Positions 37,800 to 47,490 of a DNA stretch of 64,000 nucleotides are shown here, piece by piece (position 1 is the stretch's first letter; the number at the start of each line of letters is the position of its first letter). This DNA is from Tubulanus polymorphus. Its lineage: Eukaryota > Animalia > Nemertea. The notes below the pieces were generated by a model that saw only the letters and a list, made by a program, of their open reading frames with translations, was not told the origin of the DNA and searched no databases. Made by a program: the position numbers and the translations under genes. The DNA lies in contig NC_134030.1 of the NCBI RefSeq assembly GCF_964204645.1, positions 15,004,110 to 15,068,109 of the forward strand. The letters are read 5' to 3'.

Positions 37800-39101
37800 A
37801 TGGGGTTTCCAAAAGCTTTCCAATATAATAAATCAATTAAATATAATATTCCGGCAATAGATTTTAAGAAAAATATTACATATAAAAATATAGTTTTAAA
37901 TTCATTAACTAATTTAGAAATTTATGTTAATGAATCACAGTTTTTTATTTCTAAAATGGAAAATATATTTAATACATATGAAGTTACTTTTACTCGAGAT
38001 GAATATCATATATATAAAGTAAAATCTAATATGAAGTATTGGCAGAACCAATTAAATTTTGCTGTTTATTGTGCAACAACAGGATGTGGAATAAGTTGGA
38101 ATGATCATTTAAATAACTTAGATAAAAATTTGAAGTATTCTGATTTAAAATTAATTCACACAATATTTAGATTTCACACATATTTTCAAATCAGAATAAT
38201 ACTAAATGAATTAGAATGTCCTTTACCCGGGTCTAAATATTTTAAAGAATTGGATAATAATATTAATATATCCACGTTTTATAAAATATGTAATGAATTT
38301 AATATAAATATTAATTCCGATTTTAGAGCGCATGGTAAATTGCAAGGTGTTGGTGAAGAGTTTGAAATAAAAAGAATTGATTATATGCATAGAATTTCAG
38401 CTTATCATAATTATAAAATTGATAATAATAATGGTTGGGTTAATTTCATTTTAGAAAATGGTGAAGGTTTTACAAAATCAGGTATACAAAGAATAAATCA
38501 ATCTATTAGAATTTATTTGATATGTATTTTAGGCGCCCAAGTTGAAACAAGATCCCCAATAATTGGAAATGATAACACTTCATTCGATGCGCAGAAACAG
38601 TTTAAAGTTTTATTTGAAGATTCCATACATGATGATAAAAATAGATCGATTCCAGAAAACATTATAAGATATCAAAATTATTTAGATAAATCTCATGTAA
38701 GACTTAATTATTGTATAGGCCCTAATCTATTAATTATTTCTAATGATTTAGTATTGAAGATGGGAAACATAATTGGTTATAATAATCTAATTAAAACTGC
38801 AACAATAAATAATTCATTTGGATTGAATGATATAAATAAAAAGATTATTACTGCTCCAAAATTAATGGAAGGTGAAAAAAATAAAAAACATATTCAATCA
38901 ACAGAAACTAAAACTAAGAATATTAAATTAAATAATGATTCTAAAATAAAAGATTACAATACATCAGAAAATAATAGAACTGATAAAATTCAACATGATA
39001 TAATTAAACTAAATGATGATAATAAATCACATGAAAATACTAAATTAGCTATAACTTGTATAGGAATTGTAATCGGAGGAATATTATATTTTAAATTTTA
39101 A
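37800..39101 (+). CDS. 433-aa uncharacterised protein with C-terminal TM anchor
   Basis: Conserved YWQNQLNFAVYCATTGCG and RFHTYFQ blocks; C-terminal LAITCIGIVIGGILYF. Confidence 0.85.
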   Translation: MGFPKAFQYNKSIKYNIPAIDFKKNITYKNIVLNSLTNLEIYVNESQFFISKMENIFNTYEVTFTRDEYHIYKVKSNMKYWQNQLNFAVYCATTGCGISWNDHLNNLDKNLKYSDLKLIHTIFRFHTYFQIRIILNELECPLPGSKYFKELDNNINISTFYKICNEFNININSDFRAHGKLQGVGEEFEIKRIDYMHRISAYHNYKIDNNNGWVNFILENGEGFTKSGIQRINQSIRIYLICILGAQVETRSPIIGNDNTSFDAQKQFKVLFEDSIHDDKNRSIPENIIRYQNYLDKSHVRLNYCIGPNLLIISNDLVLKMGNIIGYNNLIKTATINNSFGLNDINKKIITAPKLMEGEKNKKHIQSTETKTKNIKLNNDSKIKDYNTSENNRTDKIQHDIIKLNDDNKSHENTKLAITCIGIVIGGILYFKF

Positions 39102-39117
39102 TTTTTTTATTATGTAA

Positions 39118-40833
39118 ATGGATGTAGAAGGTGGAGAAGATTATGAAATGGGAGAAATGGGAAATAATAATGAAGGATATATTGATGATGATTATAATGA
39201 TACAGGTGCTAATATCGATAATGATGATGAATCAGCATATAATACTAATTTAGGTGAAGATGATTATGATGATGATGATGGAATTAATACCGAAGTACGT
39301 GAAAAATTAAATAAATATTTAAAAGCTCCTGAAAGTGGTAGAATTTCAACTAGAACAGAAAGAAAAGAATTCATGAAACTATTAGAAAAACAACAAGAAA
39401 AATATCCTAATGAACATTTGGAATTATATAGAATGAAATCTAGAGTAACAGATACAATTGTTAACGAATTATTACCAAAAGTTGTAATAGATGAAATTGA
39501 TACTGAAGATGTTGTAGAACAAATTTTTAAAGATGACCCATATTTCACAAATAATTTAGAATTTAAAAATGATTCATGGTATTATAATCTTGAATTAAAT
39601 AGGAATACTGTATCAATTCAATTATCTAGAATGGGTCAAGAAAATATTTTTGAACCTGGAATGCGAGCATTATCTACAATTGAAGGTTCAAAAGGTGGTA
39701 GAGAATTTCTCAGAATTATATGGAATGCAATCGATAGAATAAATGAAGAAGAACCAATTCCTAATATTAATATAAACAAATATTCACCATTTAAAAATCC
39801 AAATCCTACTGATTTTGATCCAGAAATGGAAGATCATAGAAATCGATTAGATAAATTAAGATCTTCAACACCCGAAACATCGAGAAGAGACACTCAACAA
39901 ATTGATAATGATTCAAGTCAATTACAATTAACATTAGAAAAACAAATTGATAGATTAAGAGATTCAGAAGAACTGATGAATAGTATATCAGATACATCTG
40001 GTTCTGAAACTGGAATAAATCGAATACAATCTTTACTAGAAAAAGGATTACTTGATTTAACTGATGAAGAATTAAAAGAATTTCCTGAACAAGCACGTAG
40101 AGAAATTAAAGGTATACAAGAATCAGCTGGTGAAATTGCTAATATTAAGATGAGATTTTCTAAAATAACCATATTAGAAAAAGAATTAGTTAATGTAGAT
40201 GAAGAATTAAAACAATTAGAATTAAATAGAGATCTTCAATTAATCGAGGAAGCTGATTATGAAAGCAGAAAGTTAGCTTTAGAAAAAGAAATAGATGATT
40301 TAGAATATAACATAAAATTACAAAAAGAAGAAAGAGATACATTATTAAAATCATATGATCTTAATCATATTAAAAAATTAAAAGTTATTTTTAAAGATTT
40401 GTTGATAAAACCAGATTCTAAAATATCATTGAAAGATAGAATAAAGTTATTATTTAAATTAGAAGGAATAACAATTCTTTCAATTCTAACAGCTGTAACT
40501 ATGTTATTTACAACAATTGGTTTAGCTATATCAAATGCTTTAAAATCTACTCCTACTCCCACTCCCAATAAACCAGATAAACCTCCAGGTAATAATTCTA
40601 TACAAGATGAAGTTAAAGATGGTTTAAAGAAATTAGCAAAATATTTATGGGAACTATCTAAAAAATCTGCTGCAGCACTACCAGGAGTTATTGCTTCAAT
40701 TGTTGGTTTTGTTTTAAAATCTGCAGGTAATATTCTTAACTTTGCTGCTGAACATATTATTTTATTTTTAATTACAGTTGTAAGTGCTATTATTTTTGGT
40801 TTAGTAAATATGATATCAAAAAATATCAAGTAA
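39118..40833 (+). CDS. 571-aa acidic/coiled-coil protein with C-terminal hydrophobic helices
   Basis: Intact ORF; coiled-coil-like middle; GITILSILTAVTMLFTTIGLAI and IILFLITVVSAIIFGLV. Confidence 0.85.
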   Translation: MDVEGGEDYEMGEMGNNNEGYIDDDYNDTGANIDNDDESAYNTNLGEDDYDDDDGINTEVREKLNKYLKAPESGRISTRTERKEFMKLLEKQQEKYPNEHLELYRMKSRVTDTIVNELLPKVVIDEIDTEDVVEQIFKDDPYFTNNLEFKNDSWYYNLELNRNTVSIQLSRMGQENIFEPGMRALSTIEGSKGGREFLRIIWNAIDRINEEEPIPNININKYSPFKNPNPTDFDPEMEDHRNRLDKLRSSTPETSRRDTQQIDNDSSQLQLTLEKQIDRLRDSEELMNSISDTSGSETGINRIQSLLEKGLLDLTDEELKEFPEQARREIKGIQESAGEIANIKMRFSKITILEKELVNVDEELKQLELNRDLQLIEEADYESRKLALEKEIDDLEYNIKLQKEERDTLLKSYDLNHIKKLKVIFKDLLIKPDSKISLKDRIKLLFKLEGITILSILTAVTMLFTTIGLAISNALKSTPTPTPNKPDKPPGNNSIQDEVKDGLKKLAKYLWELSKKSAAALPGVIASIVGFVLKSAGNILNFAAEHIILFLITVVSAIIFGLVNMISKNIK

Positions 40834-40877
40834 ACCATGATATCAAAAAATAAATAATTAATTTTTTTGTTAAATAA

Positions 40878-42125
40878 ATGAGTGGGAGTTATATAAGTCC
40901 TTCTAAGATTTCTAGAATATCTAATGCTATTAAAGCAGAAAGATCACATCATATAATTACTCATAACCCTTCAAATATTAATCCCGATGAAACTTTATAC
41001 GTTAGAATCCCTCGATTAACACAAAATACTTTTTATGTTCCAAATAGTATTTATTTATCAGCTGATATAAAAGTAATCGGTAATAATAATAATTATGTCG
41101 TTGATAATGTTGGAAGATATTTGATTAAAAAGTTAACAATAAAGATTGGTCCGGAAACAGTTTTCTCATTAGATGATTATAATTTATTTATGCATTATAA
41201 AGATTTATGGTTAACTAAAGAAAATAGAAATAATATGATATTTCAAGGAATTCAATTAGAAAACCAAAATAAATTAAGATCAGAAGCTAATAGCGCAATA
41301 TTAACAAATGATGTAGGTAAATTGATAAAAAGTATATATGGAAGCAAATATAAAATTCCATTAGACTTTGAATTGATAAATAATAATGCACCTTTATATA
41401 AATACGCAATTCAAGAAGATATTATATTTGAGATAACATTTGCTCCTGTAAATGAAATTGTAATATCTAGCGTTAATAAAGATATGAGTTATAAATTATC
41501 GAATATATGTTTAGAATATGATACAGTAACTGATGAAAATATTGCTAGAACAATTCAAACTCAATACAATCAAGGATTTTCATTATTATATGATTATATT
41601 GATAAATTTAAAACTGTAACTATTAATGCAAATGATGAAATAATAAATGAGAATATTAACTTCCCAAGAAGATCTATTAAAGGTATATTAATATTTTTTA
41701 CTATTGGAACGTATACTAATGGCGCAATAAATGTTGACAATTATTATAATCATGAAATAACAAAAGTAGAAATAACTATCGAAGGTATAGCGAATAAAAT
41801 ATTTTGTCAAGGAATGAGAATGATAGATCAATGGGTAGAAATTAAAAAACATTTTATGAATGAAAAAGTAAAATCATTTGAAAATTGTAACATTAATCAA
41901 ATTGATTATTATACCGGTAATAAATATGCATTATGGTTAGATTTTAGAACAACTGAAGATAATTCATTACATGGTTCTGGAAAAAAACTACAAAACACTT
42001 AAGATGGAATACAATTATTCATGACAAAGAAAAAGGGAATCAAAAATTTTAAAATGCACATTTATATTATATCTGACGCGCAATTAAATATTGTAAATTC
42101 ACAATTAGATAGTGTTATGTATTAA
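40878..42125 (+). pseudogene. Major capsid protein, copy C; one in-frame TAA at 42000
   Basis: Homologous to 11980..13242; the frame continues to ...DSVMY* at 42125. Confidence 0.78.
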
Positions 42126-42157
42126 AATTTTAACTTTAATAAAAATATATATAATAA

Positions 42158-43114
42158 ATGGAAGGAGGTAAAGTATATAAACATATTCCATACATCGATA
42201 CACATGAAAATAATGATGGTTTATATTATGTAATACCTTGTAATATAGCTTTGATATTTGATCCTATTTTTAAAAATTATAAAACTAAACTGATAGAAAT
42301 CAATAATAATAAAAGTGGTGTTGTTAATAATAGTGTAATTGATAATAATGTAATACCTACTACACCTGTAATACCTACTACTACATCTGTAATACCTTCT
42401 ACATCTAATAGCGTAATACCTACTACATCTAATAACGTAATACCTACTACATCTGTAATACCTACTACATCTAATAACGTAATACCTTCTACATCTAATA
42501 ATGCAATAATATTAAATGTTAGTGAAAATAGAAATTATTGTGGTTATTGTAATGGTGAATTTTCAAACGCTCCATCAAATTGGAATAAACATATGAATAC
42601 AAATTCACATATTACTAATGTTATAGAACGTGTTGGTTTAAGAGAATTTATAGAACACCCATTTAGATATGTTACAAAGTTTGTTTCAAATAAAAAAGTA
42701 AATGGTGAAAAAATATATGAAGATTTATTATTAGCAACACCTAATAAAGATGAATTAGATTTAACTGATGCTAATGAAATATTAGGATCAAACACTGTAA
42801 ATGAAATATTAGGAGCAAACACTAATAAAGATGATAATGAAAATGATGCCATACACCCACATGATGATATAGTTACAGTTAAACATATTGATAATAAAGA
42901 TTCTATAAAACTTAAAGTAGAAAATAATGATAAATTTGATTGGATGAATAAGTTTAAAAATGAAACAACTATTGGTGGTGTGGTAAAAAAGGTGAAAAAG
43001 GTGAAAAAAAATTATAAAGATGTTGATGTAGATTCGGTAGAGCATTTAAATATGTTGTTAAGACCGTCTGATAGTGAAAGTGATTCAGAAATTGATTATC
43101 TAAAACTTGAATAA
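42158..43114 (+). CDS. 318-aa protein with VIPTT/S repeats and a C2H2-like zinc finger
   Basis: YCGYCNGEF...WNKHMNTNSH; acidic tail. Confidence 0.8.
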   Translation: MEGGKVYKHIPYIDTHENNDGLYYVIPCNIALIFDPIFKNYKTKLIEINNNKSGVVNNSVIDNNVIPTTPVIPTTTSVIPSTSNSVIPTTSNNVIPTTSVIPTTSNNVIPSTSNNAIILNVSENRNYCGYCNGEFSNAPSNWNKHMNTNSHITNVIERVGLREFIEHPFRYVTKFVSNKKVNGEKIYEDLLLATPNKDELDLTDANEILGSNTVNEILGANTNKDDNENDAIHPHDDIVTVKHIDNKDSIKLKVENNDKFDWMNKFKNETTIGGVVKKVKKVKKNYKDVDVDSVEHLNMLLRPSDSESDSEIDYLKLE

Positions 43115-43171
43115 TAAAAGTTGAAAATTGTATAAAATAATATTAAATAAAAAAAGGGTTTTAATTATTCA

Positions 43172-43288
43172 AGGTATCTAATGGGGTATCAGGTATTAGG
43201 GTATCTAATAGGGTATCAGGTATTAGGGTATCAGGTATTAGGGTATCTAATGGGGTATTAGGTATTAGGGTATCTAATACATAGGTAT
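43172..43288 (+). repeat. Short GGTAT-based tandem repeat in the convergent intergenic gap
   Basis: GGTATCTAATGG / GGTATCA / GGTATTAG units. Confidence 0.85.
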
Positions 43289-43296
43289 ACAAATAG

Positions 43297-43908
43297 TTAT
43301 TTTATAAATTTATATTCATAAGGAAATTGTAATCTCAGTAATAATTTTGAACCTTTATTATTTTTTAATTTATTCATATATTCATCATGTAATTCAGTAG
43401 GTATAATTTGATTTTCTTCCAATGATTGTTGCATAGATTTTCTATCTTTGTTGTAGAATAAAACTAGAAATCTTATATTCTCTCTAAAATCTTTCACAAT
43501 TGAATTATATTTCTGATTTAAAACCCATGTTGTTATCCCAAAATGTCTACCAGAGAAAGCTAAATAACATAACTCACTTTCTCTAATTTTAGAATCATGT
43601 AAATTTGCGCAATCATCAATAATAAATAATGTATTTGATCCTTTATAAATATCTAATACAATTTTTATACAATTATCTAAATTTTCTTTTACTATTTTAG
43701 GGTCTAATATAATAAACTTTTTTATCTTAACTATATCTCTATTATATGTTTTATTCATTTCATATGTAGGACAGAATAATATTATATTATCAAAATGATT
43801 CTTATAAATAGTTTCTAACAAATCTAATATGAAATGTGTTTTACCACAATTTGTAACTCCAGTAACTAACATATTATGTGGTTCAAATATAAATAAATCT
43901 TTATTCAT
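43297..43908 (-). CDS. A32/FtsK-like genome packaging ATPase
   Basis: Walker A GVTNCGKT, Walker B FIIDD, SGRHFGITTWVLNQ. Confidence 0.92.
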   Translation of the reverse strand: MNKDLFIFEPHNMLVTGVTNCGKTHFILDLLETIYKNHFDNIILFCPTYEMNKTYNRDIVKIKKFIILDPKIVKENLDNCIKIVLDIYKGSNTLFIIDDCANLHDSKIRESELCYLAFSGRHFGITTWVLNQKYNSIVKDFRENIRFLVLFYNKDRKSMQQSLEENQIIPTELHDEYMNKLKNNKGSKLLLRLQFPYEYKFIK

Positions 43909-44989
43909 TTATTCTTTTAATTTTACTAGATAAAATCCATTCATTAAATTTATCATCATATCCTTTATATTTCACCAAAGAATACTTTTTTCCTTTAAGA
44001 GTTTTTGTTTTCAATACTTTTTCTATTTTGTATTCTATTTCATCTGGATTTGGTACTAATGATAATTCTTGTTCATAAAAATAACCTAATATTTCTTCAT
44101 CTTTTAGATCTTCTAGTTTATAAACAAATGGTTTAGTTAATATTATCTTTTTAATTTTAAATATTTCTTCAGTAAAATTAGGGGTATAACCTTTATAAAA
44201 TGTTTTTCGATATTTAGAAATTCTAACGTGTTGTCCTATCTTAAATTTAGGTTCACCGAAATCATGTGTAACAAATGCTCCATATAAATTATTCCAAACT
44301 ATTTCCGAATTATCTTCTTTTCTAGCTTGTATGGGTTTCATATTTATAGAACTATGTTTAGAATTATTATAACCTTTCACTAAATCATCTAACACATCGA
44401 TATATTTATATGTTTCATTAGCGGTGAAATATTTCCACATTCTAGTTTTCAATGTTTTATTAAATCTTTCTATAACAGATGCTTTTTTATCTGAATGTGT
44501 TGAAAAATATTCTACATCGTTATCAGATAATAGTTTTTTAAAATGTTTGTTATAAAATTCTTTACCTTCATCAAATTGTATTTTATCTGGGATAGCTTCT
44601 TTAAATATAGATTTAAAAGCATTTGTTACTTCTATACCAGTTTTATTTTTAATCGGGATACTCCATGCGTATCTACTGAATATGTCTATAACATTCAGTA
44701 TCCAAAAATATCCTTTGTTGTATTCTTCTAAGTTCTTCATGTCAATTAAATCAGCTTGCCATTGTTGGTCAATATATGAAACCATAACTTTTCTTGTTAA
44801 ATATTTTTTATCCATCTTTTTATGAATTTGATATGTGGGTTGATTTTGTAACCATGATTTTAATTCACTATATTTTATATCACTATTATCGGATTTAATT
44901 TTATTCCATAATTCTGAAACGTTAGAATATGATACTTCACTTTCTGGGTTATAATATAAATCTCTTAAATATTGTTCTTTTTTCATCAT
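43901..44989 (-). CDS. int: Retroviral-type (rve) integrase with C-terminal chromodomain
   Basis: WQADLIDM, IDIFSRYAW, FDEGKEF, IERFNKTLK; YKIEKVL...VKYKGYDDKFNEWI. Confidence 0.95.
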   Translation of the reverse strand: MMKKEQYLRDLYYNPESEVSYSNVSELWNKIKSDNSDIKYSELKSWLQNQPTYQIHKKMDKKYLTRKVMVSYIDQQWQADLIDMKNLEEYNKGYFWILNVIDIFSRYAWSIPIKNKTGIEVTNAFKSIFKEAIPDKIQFDEGKEFYNKHFKKLLSDNDVEYFSTHSDKKASVIERFNKTLKTRMWKYFTANETYKYIDVLDDLVKGYNNSKHSSINMKPIQARKEDNSEIVWNNLYGAFVTHDFGEPKFKIGQHVRISKYRKTFYKGYTPNFTEEIFKIKKIILTKPFVYKLEDLKDEEILGYFYEQELSLVPNPDEIEYKIEKVLKTKTLKGKKYSLVKYKGYDDKFNEWILSSKIKRINE

Positions 44990-44992
44990 ATT

Positions 44993-45352
44993 TTAATCCA
45001 TTAATAATATTTTAGATTTATTTTCATTTGATTTATTTTCTGGTGGTTTATTGTCTGTACATGGATAACTAAGTTTCCGATCATCTTTATCGTCAGATTT
45101 GAATTTTGATTTGTATATTACACCGGATAATATAATAACTGTTACTAACCCAATTGTAATATATAAGTAATTATTTCTTCCACTATTAGAAGAATTAGAT
45201 GGATTATTATTTGAATCAATACCAGGTGATTCATTTATATCAGTTAATTTCTTTTTCTTAGCTTTTTTTAATTCTGATGATCTTTTACCTAATTCTCTTG
45301 CCCATTTAATTTGTTTCTCTGATCTAGCCTTTTTCTTAACTCCATCACTCAT
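44993..45352 (-). CDS. 119-aa basic protein with one TM segment
   Basis: YITIGLVTVIILSGVIY; intact in B and C. Confidence 0.8.
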   Translation of the reverse strand: MSDGVKKKARSEKQIKWARELGKRSSELKKAKKKKLTDINESPGIDSNNNPSNSSNSGRNNYLYITIGLVTVIILSGVIYKSKFKSDDKDDRKLSYPCTDNKPPENKSNENKSKILLMD

Positions 45353-45947
45353 TTATTTTAGTTAATTTTTGTTCTGATTCATCTTCTGTTTCAACGTTTG
45401 GTTGTAGTACATCTGTTTCGTTCTTACCTGATTTATATTCCATAGGTTTGATGTTTGAAAATGTTATAACTCCAGTAGAAATCAATGTCATAACCGATCC
45501 TAATTGAAATGAAGCATATCCAACCCATTTTTGTAATTCAGTCATAACTAAATAGTCATTTTTCAAATCATTATATAATTTATTTTCATCATCAATTGGT
45601 ATTAACTGCTTACATAATTTTGAATAACATTTGATAATACCATCACTTATAGAGTCGTTTATTCTAGCTAATCTTGCCTCTTCATAAATCTTAAAATATT
45701 TTATTACTTTATCGGGTTTCATAGAGTCTAGTTCTTGAAAAGTTATTATTTTTCCTAAGAAGTCCTTAGATTTCCCACCAGCAATTAATAATTCAAGATG
45801 ATGCTTACAATATAAATAGTATTCATAATCTATATTGTTATTAACTTGAGCACAATTAGTTGCAACTGTATCTTTATTATCACTTATACCCAAATCATCT
45901 AATGTCTTTTCAATATCAATACTATTCTTATTAGATTTCTTTGACAT
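45345..45947 (-). CDS. 200-aa uncharacterised Polinton protein
   Basis: Intact in B and C with many synonymous differences. Confidence 0.85.
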   Translation of the reverse strand: MSKKSNKNSIDIEKTLDDLGISDNKDTVATNCAQVNNNIDYEYYLYCKHHLELLIAGGKSKDFLGKIITFQELDSMKPDKVIKYFKIYEEARLARINDSISDGIIKCYSKLCKQLIPIDDENKLYNDLKNDYLVMTELQKWVGYASFQLGSVMTLISTGVITFSNIKPMEYKSGKNETDVLQPNVETEDESEQKLTKINE

Positions 45948-46216
45948 TTATATTAGAGAAATTTAATAAGAAAAATATTATAAGTATTATAAAATGATAC
46001 CAGTATCTCTTTAGATTAATACTAGCTTAGTAAAAGGTAAAGAATTTTAGTATTGACTACTGATACTAGCTATTTGAATTTAAAGAATTTCTATTTGAAT
46101 CTATTTAAAATATAAAGTATTCTCTTTTGAAAAAAAAGTATCAAAAATATAATAGAAATAATAGATAGTTGAAGGTATGTAATTTTTATTATATTTTATT
46201 TAAAATCTATTATTCT

Positions 46217-46882
46217 TTAACCACTCATTAAAGACTCAACGTATTGTTCATTATGTGTTGAATTCCATAATTCAATAAATTTTTTTGCTTTATCCAGTTG
46301 ATTCAAATATAACTGTAAATCTAGTTTATTAGATTTAATTATATTTTCTTTCTTTTCAAGAGGTCTTAGATTCTTCCAATTCCAAATAAGTTTTTTATTA
46401 TATTCATCATTCATGTTAAATTTAGATATTGGTAACACGTGATCAATGTGGTAATAATCCCCATAATTATCTATATTCATTTTATCATCGAATTGAAATA
46501 TTATCCATGATTTGAGAAATTCATCTGAACAACCCAACAAATTAGATAGTGTTTCTGAATGTGTTTCTTTGTTGAATAATTGTGTTATTCAAGTCCTTAA
46601 GCATTGTTTCAATCTAAAATTAAGATCTGTTTGATATCTTTCTCTCATATATTTTGTCATATAATAATTATAATGTTTTATATTATCTTCTCGATATTGT
46701 TTGGTGTATAGTTTAGCACAAGTTTTACAACAATTTTGAAAACCATCTTTGCTAATCTTACGCTTACTAAATTCTGTTATAGCTAATTTATCTAATTCAC
46801 ATTTAGAACACTTCTTGTAGTATATGTTTATAACGCCAGTGTTATTTGTAATATTGATAGTTTGTGGTTGTTCTGGTTCCAT
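46217..46882 (-). pseudogene. HNH endonuclease, disrupted in copy C
   Basis: Two track ORFs homologous to intact 52664..53335. Confidence 0.8.
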
Positions 46883-47020
46883 TTATTATATGTATTTTTT
46901 TTACTAAATTGGTTAATAATTTTAGAATCCTCTTCCATTTCTCCGACTAACGTCATCCTTTTTCATTCCTCGCTGTTTTTGATAAGTCAGTTTCGATTCC
47001 TTGATATCTAAATAATACCA

Positions 47021-47490
47021 CTGGGCAAAACCGCGCATTCATGCGCGCTTTTGATCAATGCGCATGCGCTAATCATAATTATATATTCATTCTGTAAATT
47101 CTGTAAAATAGAAACGACCGAACACAGAAAATATCAAAACGTGTTCACATTAGGTAAAACCGCGCATTCGTGCGCGCTTTTGATCAATGCGCATGCGCTA
47201 ATCATAATTATATATTCATTCTAGAAATAGAAACGACCGAACATAGAAAATTCAAACGCATGTACACTAGGCAAAACCGCTCTTATAGGAGCGTTTTTGA
47301 TCAATGCGCATGCGTTAATCATAATTATATTTACATAATGAATATATAATTATGTAAATAGAAACGACCGACATAAAATATCAAAACGTGTTCGCATTAG
47401 GTAAAACCGCTCTTATAGGAGCGCTTTTGCTTAATGCGCATGCGCTAATTATAATTATATATTCATTCTGAATAGAAACGACCGAACATA
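47021..47490. repeat. Four ~117-130-bp tandem units, each with a stem-loop and TGCGCATGCG
   Basis: Units start at ~47021, 47151, 47268 and 47398; copy B has a single unit (~53472-53550). Confidence 0.9.

Noticed and set aside
43172-43288. Telomeric TTAGGG repeats
   Set aside because: TTAGGG occurs only as part of GGTATTAGGGTATC units, never in tandem, and copy B has a different repeat at the same place.
46985-47005. tRNA/VA-RNA box B (GTTTCGATTCC)
   Set aside because: One mismatch to consensus, no T-stem pairing, no box A or cloverleaf.
47021-47490. CRISPR-like array
   Set aside because: Inter-repeat segments are homologous to each other rather than unique spacers; no cas genes; eukaryotic viral context.
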